Source: an uncultured Christensenella sp. | Lineage (GTDB): Bacteria > Bacillota > Clostridia > Christensenellales > Borkfalkiaceae | Direction of reading: 5' to 3' | NCBI GenBank assembly: GCA_964601265.1 | Contig: CAZRMT010000002.1 | Location: forward strand, 2,560-66,559 | DNA: 64,000 bases | Shown here: positions 7,580-15,856 of the stretch, piece by piece | Layout of the letters: each line of letters starts with the position of its first letter | Numbering within the stretch: the first letter of the stretch is position 1 | The notes under the pieces: model-generated | Database searches by the model: none | What the model was told of the DNA's origin: nothing | What the model saw: only the letters and a program-made list of their open reading frames with translations | Translations under genes and position numbers: made by a program

Positions 7580-10500
7580 TTAATTCTTTACGATTTTAAA
7601 ATTATCTATGGTCATACTCGTACCTTCATACAACGAAGCGTCCGATACGGGACAGTAAATACGGAATAAAACCAAATCTTCGGCATTAAAGGTAATACTG
7701 TAATGAGTTTCGTTTGCGTCTATTTTTGCTGTTTTAAAACCGCCTTCCGAAACGCTATAATAGAAAATCGAATAATAGCTTTCTGTCTGTTCGCCCAAAT
7801 CTATTTTATAATCGAAAGAAATAGTAATTTGTCCGACCGTATCGTAAGCGATATTGTACCAATAATTATTTCTACCCGTATGCGAGAAGTTAATAGCGCC
7901 GTTATTGCCGTTAGAAACAGCGTCGCCTCTAACCGTGTCGGAAGGAGTATAAACCAATTTTTTATTTCCTTCTTCTTCGATTATTTCAAGCATATTTTTA
8001 TCTTGCGTCCATTCGATCACGGGAGCACTGTCATCTACCGAAGTGTTGTCGAAGAACGATATATTGTCATAATCGATAAATAATAATACGTTGCTCTTTA
8101 ATACCAAGCTGAAAGTAACGTTGTTTGAAAGCGTAATATCGAAACGGGTTACACCATAAACAAGCGCAAGTATTTCTTGTTTTAACGTTATACCGTCGAC
8201 ACCTATTTCAATCCACGAAGTATCTACTGCAGACGGGGTTAAATACGCCGTATCCAAAGAGCCTGCAGAATTCATTCTGGGTGCTTGACGAAGAATTGAA
8301 GCAATAGTAACACCGCTTTCGAATTCGCCGTCCACCTTAAGTTCGGTCATCCCGTCGGTCACGTCGTAGTGAGAATTGTATATTTTATTCTTTCCTTGTC
8401 CGACGTTTTCTTTAACTCCGAAACCGAAATTATCAATAAGCATATACGTGCCTTCAGCGTCCGATTTTTGCGTCATAGCGCAGTGAACGTAAAATCTTTC
8501 AACCGTATTTGCGTCCAATTCAGTATAAAACGTTCCGCTTGTTCCGTCTATTGCAACAGTGTGATAAGCGTATTGATTATCTCTGTATATAAACTCGTAA
8601 TTAGGAGTTTTTCCGTCGGTCGTTACAATTTCGTAATCGAAGAACACTATCACGGTTTCTACCGATGCAAAATTAAAATTCCACCAATCGGAAGTAAAGT
8701 TACTGTTTGCAAACGTAAGACATCCGTTATTTACTCCACCCGTAAAACCTCCTTGCGAATGTCCTAAAGTAGCGTTTGTAGGCGTGTATTTATACTTTTT
8801 GTTTCCGTTGACGTCAACGATTTCAATCATACTCGTATCTTGACAACTTGCAACGTTTCCGCTACCAGTTTCAAGAGCCGTTTCTTCCTGAACGTAAGTT
8901 TCGTCCCAGTTACTATAATACATAACGTTACTTGTAAGCGTAAAGGTAATTTCCTTATTGTTGCTCAACACTATCGTATACGACATAGATCCGTAAACTT
9001 GGTCTATAAGTTGTTTAGATAAAGTTATTCCGTCCTTTGAAAGCGTTACGTAAGAAACGGGAAGCGTTCCGTCGGATTGAACCGCCGTATTAGTTCCGGT
9101 ATTATCCCAGAACAAAGCCCCTTTTCTTTTTACCGATAAAACGGTAAGACTTTCGTCAAATTCACCTTTTAAGAAAACCGTTTCTTGACCGTAAATAACC
9201 TTTTTACTTACTTCCGTTAAAACCGCCTTTCTGTTATCGACAACTACAAACGTCGTCTTATAAATTCCTCTTTCCCCTATAACGGTTAACTCGTGAGTTC
9301 CCGCTGTGAGTAAGTTGCACTTATTCTTATCTACGGTATAATTTATTTCACCGTTTAAAGCAAACTCGAATTCTTCATTATCTATTTTTACTTTTGTAAT
9401 ATTTTGTTTAGTCGCAAACGAAATTCCGTTCGCTCCTAAAACGTACTCTTTAACGTCGGTAAGGAAATACTCTGCGTCGTCGGTTTCCCATACACGTAAA
9501 TCGTCTACCATAATGAACTTATTGTCGCTTTCCTTAAAATCGGGCAACCTTATTTGCATAAGTCTGGGCAAATCGCAAGAGGCGGTAGTATTTGTAAACC
9601 AACCCGTATCGAAAACGTGTTCCTCTCCGTCTGCGGTTAAATACCAACGTATTTCATTCCATCCCCCGACGTCAACAACTTCGTAACCGCTTCCGAAGAA
9701 CGTATTAGCCACGTTGCTGTCGTGTCTGTCCATTATATAGAAGTAAGTTTCTTTTGCTCCGATATTCGAAGAAATTTTATAAGTGAAAGTAACCCTATAT
9801 TGATTGTTTTCGTTGGTAGAAACGTAAAGCCAATCCCAAACGTGAGGCATAAACTTCATCGAGAATAACGTCTTTGCTTCTGCGTTTTCCGTTGAACGAA
9901 CGAATAACGCTTTATTTCCCGTGCTTCTTTCTTCTATTTTTATAATAGAATTTCCGTTCATTCCCGAATACATCGGGCTACCTTGTACGTAAGTGTTGTC
10001 GTGATAACCTAAAATCGACGTATCGTCGTAGTTAGAAGACATCACGATAGAACTCTTTAAAATAATTCTTTCGGTCTTTCCCGTATTAAACGTTATCTCG
10101 AATTGAGTTTCCCCAAAGAACAAGTCCGCAACCGAAGAAGGAATTTCTACGTATCCTTTATCGTTAAGTCCCGTAACGAGGTTTAATAAAGAAGCGTAAT
10201 TCTTTTCAGTGTCGCATTGTGCAAAATCCCAATCGTTGTACCCGCCGTTGTAAACCTTTTTAATCTGTTTTACGGAAACAAGAGTGACGCCTTGGTCAAA
10301 ACTTCCGTAAATTTTAACGGCTTCGGCTTTATTTGCGTCGTATTTAGCCGTCGTATCTTTAATCGTGCAAGCACGGTTGTCTACGGCAGAAAACTTTACT
10401 TGTACGGAACAAATATCGGTCTTTACCGCAAAAGTATGTTCTCCAACCGTGATATTTCTTAAAGCGTCTGCTTTTATAGTCAACTTGTTTCCGTTTACGC

Positions 10501-11989
10501 TTACGAATTCGTTTACCAAAACGTTGTCAAGATAGAAATCACAATCAAAGTCGGATAAATCGCAATTAAGAACGTAATCTCCGTTTAAAGGATAATCTTC
10601 ACTTACCGAAATCGTCGGCTTGGAATCGAGTTCAACAACGGTAAAGTTATCAAAATAAATACAACCTCCCGCATCTTTAAAAAATGCTCTGACCCACGTT
10701 CCGTTTGCTATTTCTTCATAGGTTGCAACGGCTTCGAAATGGTGTAAAATACCGTCGTTTTCAGCACCTAATAATAAATCGAATTTCCAACTCGTATCCC
10801 TAGAACCGAAAAAGAAAGTTCCAGTGGAAGTTCCTTCCGTCATATAATCGAAAGAAAATGCGTAACATTTGTCTTTTGCATATCCTACGTTATACCAAGT
10901 CGATTCAAATTCAGACTTGCGCAAAGTGTATATACTATGGCAATCGTACAAAACGTCTTTCGTATTCGGCGTAAAACGAAGTACTTTTCCGTCCATTCCA
11001 GCTATTCCGTCTACAATCTTAACGTTGTCAGAATATTGATACAAAGAATTAAGTCCCGTGTTAGAATTAGACGTATCGTGAATGGTTACCATATCGTAAT
11101 CGGAATAGAATATAATATTGTTTTTTACGGTAAAGGAATATTTGTCGTTGTTTGAAAGAAGTAAAGTATACGTTGCCTCTTTAAAACTCTTTTTTAAAAT
11201 AGAACTTTTAATTGTAATTCCTTCGCTAGTCTGTTCGTAATGAGATTTATCAATTAAAAAATCCCCTTGCTTTAAAGACGTTATGGTCGTACCGTTAAAG
11301 TTAACGTTGAAACTTACGCCGTTTTCATACCCGTAACGGAATTGCTTTGTCGTAACCGTATCGAAAGAAGTTTTTACGGAATTATCCGTTTTTACAATAC
11401 AAGTTGCCGTATCCGCATCGGGTGCGTCCGTAATTACTTTTACTTCAAATTCTCCGTCCCCTAAAGCAAGAATTATTTCCGCTTTTATAACAAGACAAAG
11501 ACTGTCTTCGTCATAATGATAGTCGTCGGAATATAAAGTTTCGCCGTTTAACTCAACGTAGTACACGTTTCCGCCTTTAAGCGAAAGCGGAAGTTCTAAA
11601 TCTTCCCCGCCGAAACGGTCGTAGTTATATAAACTTTGCGAGAATTCAGGTTGTCCTATTACAGGCGCTTTAGGCGTCCATTTCGCCGTAAACGTTACGT
11701 TTTCGGACGGCATCGTAAAGCTATCGCCCGCATTATAGACGATTGACGAATATACCCACCCGCTAAAATCATAGTCATCACGGATAAAAGTATTTTCAGG
11801 TAACGAAAACACTTCGCCTTCTTTTTTATCCCCGACAACGGGAGCCGTTCCCTCTCCTTCTTCGGTTATAAAAGTTACAGAATACTTTTTGGCAGTATCG
11901 TTATTATTTCCGCTGTTTTTTACGCAGGCGCAAAGCGATAAAGCAAACACACACAGCAATACTACCGTTAAAAAAGATCTTCTTTTCAT
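7580..11989 (-). CDS. Giant surface lipoprotein (~1469 aa): Flg_new repeat, Ig-like domains and four jelly-roll CBM-like modules.
   Basis: The ORF is open to 12019, but ATG 11989 is preceded by AGGAGA at good spacing and gives MKRRSFLTVVLLCVFALSLCAC (lipobox). The Flg_new signature is YSVTFITEEGEG..YDFSGWVY..VTFTAKWT. The modules end in CIYFDNFTVVEL, FIMVDDLRVWE, YMLIDNFGFGV and MTIDNFKIVKN. The N-terminal ~530 aa are collinear with 816..4034. Confidence 0.85.
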   Translation of the reverse strand: MKRRSFLTVVLLCVFALSLCACVKNSGNNNDTAKKYSVTFITEEGEGTAPVVGDKKEGEVFSLPENTFIRDDYDFSGWVYSSIVYNAGDSFTMPSENVTFTAKWTPKAPVIGQPEFSQSLYNYDRFGGEDLELPLSLKGGNVYYVELNGETLYSDDYHYDEDSLCLVIKAEIILALGDGEFEVKVITDAPDADTATCIVKTDNSVKTSFDTVTTKQFRYGYENGVSFNVNFNGTTITSLKQGDFLIDKSHYEQTSEGITIKSSILKKSFKEATYTLLLSNNDKYSFTVKNNIIFYSDYDMVTIHDTSNSNTGLNSLYQYSDNVKIVDGIAGMDGKVLRFTPNTKDVLYDCHSIYTLRKSEFESTWYNVGYAKDKCYAFSFDYMTEGTSTGTFFFGSRDTSWKFDLLLGAENDGILHHFEAVATYEEIANGTWVRAFFKDAGGCIYFDNFTVVELDSKPTISVSEDYPLNGDYVLNCDLSDFDCDFYLDNVLVNEFVSVNGNKLTIKADALRNITVGEHTFAVKTDICSVQVKFSAVDNRACTIKDTTAKYDANKAEAVKIYGSFDQGVTLVSVKQIKKVYNGGYNDWDFAQCDTEKNYASLLNLVTGLNDKGYVEIPSSVADLFFGETQFEITFNTGKTERIILKSSIVMSSNYDDTSILGYHDNTYVQGSPMYSGMNGNSIIKIEERSTGNKALFVRSTENAEAKTLFSMKFMPHVWDWLYVSTNENNQYRVTFTYKISSNIGAKETYFYIMDRHDSNVANTFFGSGYEVVDVGGWNEIRWYLTADGEEHVFDTGWFTNTTASCDLPRLMQIRLPDFKESDNKFIMVDDLRVWETDDAEYFLTDVKEYVLGANGISFATKQNITKVKIDNEEFEFALNGEINYTVDKNKCNLLTAGTHELTVIGERGIYKTTFVVVDNRKAVLTEVSKKVIYGQETVFLKGEFDESLTVLSVKRKGALFWDNTGTNTAVQSDGTLPVSYVTLSKDGITLSKQLIDQVYGSMSYTIVLSNNKEITFTLTSNVMYYSNWDETYVQEETALETGSGNVASCQDTSMIEIVDVNGNKKYKYTPTNATLGHSQGGFTGGVNNGCLTFANSNFTSDWWNFNFASVETVIVFFDYEIVTTDGKTPNYEFIYRDNQYAYHTVAIDGTSGTFYTELDANTVERFYVHCAMTQKSDAEGTYMLIDNFGFGVKENVGQGKNKIYNSHYDVTDGMTELKVDGEFESGVTIASILRQAPRMNSAGSLDTAYLTPSAVDTSWIEIGVDGITLKQEILALVYGVTRFDITLSNNVTFSLVLKSNVLLFIDYDNISFFDNTSVDDSAPVIEWTQDKNMLEIIEEEGNKKLVYTPSDTVRGDAVSNGNNGAINFSHTGRNNYWYNIAYDTVGQITISFDYKIDLGEQTESYYSIFYYSVSEGGFKTAKIDANETHYSITFNAEDLVLFRIYCPVSDASLYEGTSMTIDNFKIVKN

Positions 11990-12041
11990 GATTTTCTCCT
12001 TAAAACTATTATTCGACAAAAGTTTCCCACTGTCTAATCCT

Positions 12042-12070
12042 ATTTTAAACTAATTATCACTACACTTCAA
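12042..12070 (-). promoter_or_regulatory. Putative promoter of the giant lipoprotein operon (TTGAAG-17-TAAAAT).
   Basis: The -35 is the complement of 12065..12070 and the -10 is the complement of 12042..12047. The -35 lies inside the palindrome at 12061..12075. Confidence 0.5.
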
Positions 12071-12075
12071 GTGTA
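12061..12075. promoter_or_regulatory. Perfect 15-bp palindrome TACACTTCAAGTGTA; candidate operator.
   Basis: Read directly from the sequence: TACACTT-C-AAGTGTA. It overlaps the -35 of the minus-strand promoter and ends 5 bp upstream of the -35 of the plus-strand regulator promoter. Confidence 0.4.
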
Positions 12076-12080
12076 AAGTA

Positions 12081-12109
12081 TTGCAATTTATTATGTGATA
12101 TGTTACAAT
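12081..12109 (+). promoter_or_regulatory. Putative promoter of the ArsR-like regulator (TTGCAA-17-TACAAT, TGT immediately upstream of the -10).
   Basis: TTGCAA at 12081..12086 and TACAAT at 12104..12109. The AGGAG RBS and ATG 12164 follow downstream. Confidence 0.55.
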
Positions 12110-12163
12110 TGTACTGTAATTATCGTTGTCGTACGATAAAATAAAATACGTTAGGAGTAAAAA

Positions 12164-13144
12164 ATGCTGAACAACCAATATAAACAGATTATTCAAACGG
12201 AAATTCCGTGGCTATACGAGGTTGCAAATGCGCAAGACCGAGTAGAAATAAGCAATATTTGTAGAGCACTTTCGTCCCCGATAAGGCTTGAAATTTTAAG
12301 TTTACTTAATAAACGCAATTATATAATGAACGAAATCGCAAACGAACTCGACCTTCAACCGTCTTCCACCGCTTTTCATTTGAAAATTTTAGAAGACGCT
12401 GGGCTCATCACCGTAAACACGTCGACAAAATATAAGGGCACGTTAAAGCACTATTCTTATAGCGTACGAGATTTAATGATTCGTTTACGCCCCGCAGCAG
12501 AACTACACAACGTTTCGTTAACGCCCGTTACTTACACGATAAAAATAGGAGAATTTTCCGATGCAAATTTTAATTTATATTCGGGGCTTGCTTCCGAAAA
12601 TAAATTATTAGTAGAAAATCACCCTAATTTAATGTTTGGCAAAGAACGTTTTCAGGCAGAATATATTTATAATATCCGTGAAGGCTTTGTGAAATATACA
12701 ATTCCCAACGAATACGCAAAAAATAATCCTTTATCCGAAATACAATTTTCTATGGAAATATCGTCCGAAACTATCGGATATAACGAAGACTTCCCCAGCG
12801 ATATAACCTTTTCGATTAACGGCGTTGAATTATGTACTTGGACGTGCCCAGGGTCTTACGGCGATAAATACGGAATATATACGCCCGCTTGGTGGTATCC
12901 AGAAAGTGCAAAATACGGACTTTTGACCACGATAAAAATAAAAGACAAAGGCGTATTCGTTAACGAGGAACTTTTTAACCGAAATATAGGTTTAAGCAAT
13001 TTGGATTTACCTAAGGGGATTTATACCGAACTGAAAATCGAAGTAAAACAAAATGCAAAACATTGCGGAGGTTTTTGTTTATTCGGCGAAAAATTCGGAA
13101 ATTACAATCAAGCCATTAACTTTACTGCTTTTTATAGAAAATAA
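12164..13144 (+). CDS. ArsR-family winged-helix regulator fused to an unassigned ~220-aa C-terminal domain (copy 1).
   Basis: 326 aa with an AGGAG RBS. The HTH is ICRALSSPIRLEILSLLNKRNYIMNEIANELDLQPSSTAFHLKILEDAGLITV. No TM segment. The C-terminal blocks DITFSINGVELCTWT, TPAWW, YGLL and AKHCGGFCLFGEKFGNYNQ are shared with 56890..57918. Confidence 0.8.
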   Translation: MLNNQYKQIIQTEIPWLYEVANAQDRVEISNICRALSSPIRLEILSLLNKRNYIMNEIANELDLQPSSTAFHLKILEDAGLITVNTSTKYKGTLKHYSYSVRDLMIRLRPAAELHNVSLTPVTYTIKIGEFSDANFNLYSGLASENKLLVENHPNLMFGKERFQAEYIYNIREGFVKYTIPNEYAKNNPLSEIQFSMEISSETIGYNEDFPSDITFSINGVELCTWTCPGSYGDKYGIYTPAWWYPESAKYGLLTTIKIKDKGVFVNEELFNRNIGLSNLDLPKGIYTELKIEVKQNAKHCGGFCLFGEKFGNYNQAINFTAFYRK

Positions 13145-13157
13145 TTCTTTTATTAAA

Positions 13158-13199
13158 GTCGAAAGGGAAAGTCGCTAAAAAGCGACTTTCCCTTTCGAC
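13158..13199. terminator. Bidirectional terminator hairpin between convergent genes.
   Basis: A perfect 19-bp stem, gtcgaaagggaaagtcgct / agcgactttccctttcgac, closes an aaaa loop. Both flanks are T/A-rich. Confidence 0.75.
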
Positions 13200-13230
13200 C
13201 TTCTTTTAATATTTATACGTTTTAAGTTTC

Positions 13231-13662
13231 CTAAATAAGGGCTATTGCTACACCCACTGCGGCACCTACGATAGCTGCCCCGATGATAATTGCCATACCT
13301 ATCCAAAACCCGCTTTTACGGTGTGCAACGGCTTCTTCGGTTTCATTATTTTCAAACACGAAAGCATTGCCTCTAGCCATATTAAATTTATTCTGTCCGA
13401 CAAGACGTATATCTTCAAATCCGTCGGGCAACTGATAAAACTCGCTGCAATATCCTTTACTTAGCGTATCGGCAATCACAAAAATTTTCGCCTCGTGCTC
13501 GTCTATTTCAAAAGTAACCGTTTCGCCGTTTTTTATTTCGCCAAGTTTTTTACACGGAACGTCCGCAATCGTTAATTCGTTCGATTCGTCTTCTATATAC
13601 ACCTTCATTTTAACTAGCGACGCAACAAAAGTTTTCTTTCTCGTAATCGTTAAATATCTCAT
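13231..13662 (-). CDS. Hypothetical tail-anchored protein: beta-rich N-terminal domain and a Gly/Ala-rich C-terminal TM helix.
   Basis: 143 aa with a GGAGAG RBS. The C-terminus is FWIGMAIIIGAAIVGAAVGVAIALI. No family recognised. Confidence 0.6.
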   Translation of the reverse strand: MRYLTITRKKTFVASLVKMKVYIEDESNELTIADVPCKKLGEIKNGETVTFEIDEHEAKIFVIADTLSKGYCSEFYQLPDGFEDIRLVGQNKFNMARGNAFVFENNETEEAVAHRKSGFWIGMAIIIGAAIVGAAVGVAIALI

Positions 13663-13686
13663 ACCTACTCTCCTTATTTTTGTAAA

Positions 13687-13715
13687 ATTATAACATCTAA
13701 TTCATACAATGTCAA
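13687..13715 (-). promoter_or_regulatory. Consensus SigA promoter (TTGACA-17-TATAAT) for 13231..13662.
   Basis: The -35 is the complement of 13710..13715 and the -10 is the complement of 13687..13692. Confidence 0.7.
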
Positions 13716-13924
13716 TATTCAAAAAGAATTTTATACAAAACACAATGAAACCTACAACAAATTTTTAACAAGTAACAACAAAGACAAAACAAGAGCGAGC
13801 AGAACGAATGACCGCTTTGAAAAAAAAATCACTACAAGAATCAGTTTATATATGGGAGTTTTATATTTAATGCAATCGTTTTTTAAAAAAATATTCCACA
13901 ATAAAAAATAATTTTTTTAAAAGC

Positions 13925-13953
13925 TTGACAATAAAAATACTTTTTTATATAAT
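13925..13953 (+). promoter_or_regulatory. Consensus SigA promoter (TTGACA-17-TATAAT) for 13990..14319.
   Basis: TTGACA at 13925..13930 and TATAAT at 13948..13953. Confidence 0.7.
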
Positions 13954-13989
13954 TTTTTTTGTAATAAATTTATGTGAGGTATTTTAATT

Positions 13990-14319
13990 ATGGCAACTAA
14001 AAAAAGTAGCACAAGCTCTAGTTCAAGTTCCAAAAAAACTTCTACAAGAAAAAGTTCATCGTTAAGCTTAAACAAGATTTCATTTTATATGATTTGCGCC
14101 GTCGCAATCTTATATCTTGTTAGCATGATTTTATCGCTATGCGGTCTTAACTTAAAAATAATAGTAGCACTACAAGGTTTAGCAACTGCTATTATGATTT
14201 GCGTTGTAGGAATTCTCGCTTGGAGATACGTACGCAACAGACCTACCGTTTGGAAAGTTTTATATTTCGTATGTCTTTTAGTAGTAATTATCGGAATTAT
14301 AATCCCGTTAATAAAATAA
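13990..14319 (+). CDS. Hypothetical small membrane protein with a Ser/Lys-rich N-terminus and three predicted TM helices.
   Basis: 109 aa: MATKKSSTSSSSSSKKTSTRKSSS followed by hydrophobic segments. It is flanked by a consensus promoter and a terminator. Confidence 0.6.
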   Translation: MATKKSSTSSSSSSKKTSTRKSSSLSLNKISFYMICAVAILYLVSMILSLCGLNLKIIVALQGLATAIMICVVGILAWRYVRNRPTVWKVLYFVCLLVVIIGIIIPLIK

Positions 14320-14325
14320 CAATTT

Positions 14326-14359
14326 ACGGCGTAGCAATTTAGCTACGCCGTATTTTTTT
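14326..14359 (+). terminator. Rho-independent terminator.
   Basis: ACGGCGTAGC-AATTTA-GCTACGCCGT followed by ATTTTTTT. Confidence 0.8.
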
Positions 14360-14380
14360 ACTTAAAACACAATTTTACAC

Positions 14381-14412
14381 AAAAAAAAACGAGTTAAGAT
14401 TTTCTTAACTCG
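14381..14412 (-). terminator. Rho-independent terminator of rplS.
   Basis: The stem cgagttaag/cttaactcg spans 14390..14412. On the minus strand it is followed by a 9-T run. Confidence 0.75.
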
Positions 14413-14422
14413 CATTTTTAAA

Positions 14423-14764
14423 TTAAAGAATTTCCTTAACTTTTGCACTCTTACCGGTTCTTTCACGTAAGTAGTAAAGTTTAGCTCTTCTTACGGCACC
14501 TCTCTTAACTACGTCAACCTTGGTAATTTTGGGCGAATGAATGGGGAACGTTCTTTCAACGCCGATACCGAACGAAATTCTTCTAACCGTAAACGATTCT
14601 CTGATTCCGCCGTTCTTTTTAGCGATAACGATTCCTTCAAACACCTGAATTCTTTCTCTCGTACCTTCTATAACCTTAACCGATACTCTAACCGTATCAC
14701 CGACGTTAAACGAAGGAACTTCCGCTTTCAAATTTTCTTTTTCGATTTGCTCAATAATATTCAT
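14423..14764 (-). CDS. rplS: 50S ribosomal protein L19.
   Basis: [71 protein letters not shown] 14764 has a GGAGGT RBS, so the 7-codon extension in the ORF track is unlikely. Confidence 0.95.
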   Translation of the reverse strand: MNIIEQIEKENLKAEVPSFNVGDTVRVSVKVIEGTRERIQVFEGIVIAKKNGGIRESFTVRRISFGIGVERTFPIHSPKITKVDVVKRGAVRRAKLYYLRERTGKSAKVKEIL

Positions 14765-14829
14765 TTGACTTACCTCCATATACAAGACGTTCGTTGATTA
14801 CTTCAAGAGGACCGTCCGAGTCGCTTATT

Positions 14830-14858
14830 ATTTTAACACAGCGTAAAATATAAATCAA
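14830..14858 (-). promoter_or_regulatory. Putative rplS promoter (TTGATT-17-TAAAAT with TGn).
   Basis: The -35 is the complement of 14853..14858 and the -10 is the complement of 14830..14835. Confidence 0.5.
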
Positions 14859-14899
14859 CTTTTTTTAACCGTTTTTTCAACTTTTTCCTAAAATTTTAC

Positions 14900-14929
14900 C
14901 AAAAACGCCGAAATTTTTCTTTCGGCGTT
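14900..14929 (-). terminator. Rho-independent terminator of metA.
   Basis: The hairpin aacgccgaaa/tttcggcgtt spans 14904..14929 and is followed by a T-run on the minus strand. Confidence 0.7.
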
Positions 14930-14953
14930 AGATTTTTATAAAAAAAATATTTT

Positions 14954-15856
14954 TCACCACTTGAAAGGCGTAACTTGGTAAACGTAGTAGTTTAGCCAAT
15001 TGCTGTAAAGAAGGTTTGCTCCGCTTGCCCACTTATTTTCAACAACCGTTTTATTTTTATCGACAAAGTAGTTCTTGGGCGGTTTAGGAGAAATCCCCTT
15101 GGCTAAATCCCTTTCGTATTCTTTTTTAAGCGTATCGGCGTCGTACTCGAAATGCCCCGTTACGAAAATGTATTTATTGTCGTCGGACTTTATTATGGAC
15201 GCCCCCGCTTTATCCGAATAAGATAATACCGTTAACCCTTTTACCTTGTTTATTTCCGAATTTTTTATCCCCGTATAACGTGAATGAGGAATATAAAACC
15301 TATCGTCAAACCCCTTTAAAAGCGGTTCGTACGGTTGAAGTTTTTTGTGTTTATAAATACCCGAAAGCTTTTCTTTTAAAAGGTATTTTTTCACTCCGTA
15401 AAAATAATACAGTCCCGCTTGCGCTCCCCAGCAAATGAACATAGTGGACGTTACGTTGGTTTTGGTGAACTCGAAAATTTCTTTAAGCTCGTTCCAATAG
15501 TCGACTTGCTCGAATTCAAGCTGTTCTACGGGCGCGCCCGTAATTATCATACCGTCGAACCGTTTATTCCTTACCTTGTCAAAAGTCGTATAAAACTTTT
15601 GTAAATGTTCGTGCGAAGTATTCTTGCTTTTGTGCGATTTCGGTTGAAGAAAGGTTACGTTTACTTGCAAAGGCGTGTTAGAAAGCATACGCAAAAGTTG
15701 CGTTTCGGTTTCTTGCTTGGTCGGCATTAAATTCAAAATCGCAACTTCGATAGGACGAATATCTTGCTGACTCGCCCTTTCTTCGTTCATAACGAATATG
15801 TTTTCCGCTTGCAAAGTTTTATATGCGGGAATGTCTTTCTTAATTAAAATCGGCAT
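14954..15856 (-). CDS. metA: Homoserine O-acyltransferase (MetA family).
   Basis: 300 aa: MPILIKKDIPAYKTLQAENIFVM..RPIEVAILNLMPTKQETETQLLRML. It shares one base with the metY stop (TAATG). Confidence 0.9.
   Translation of the reverse strand: MPILIKKDIPAYKTLQAENIFVMNEERASQQDIRPIEVAILNLMPTKQETETQLLRMLSNTPLQVNVTFLQPKSHKSKNTSHEHLQKFYTTFDKVRNKRFDGMIITGAPVEQLEFEQVDYWNELKEIFEFTKTNVTSTMFICWGAQAGLYYFYGVKKYLLKEKLSGIYKHKKLQPYEPLLKGFDDRFYIPHSRYTGIKNSEINKVKGLTVLSYSDKAGASIIKSDDNKYIFVTGHFEYDADTLKKEYERDLAKGISPKPPKNYFVDKNKTVVENKWASGANLLYSNWLNYYVYQVTPFKW

Noticed and set aside
14765-14829. A possible L19 autoregulatory leader upstream of rplS.
   Set aside because: The ~65-nt leader has only short, ambiguous pairings, and I cannot match it to the Rfam L19 leader from memory. 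It needs cmscan and is not reported as a feature.
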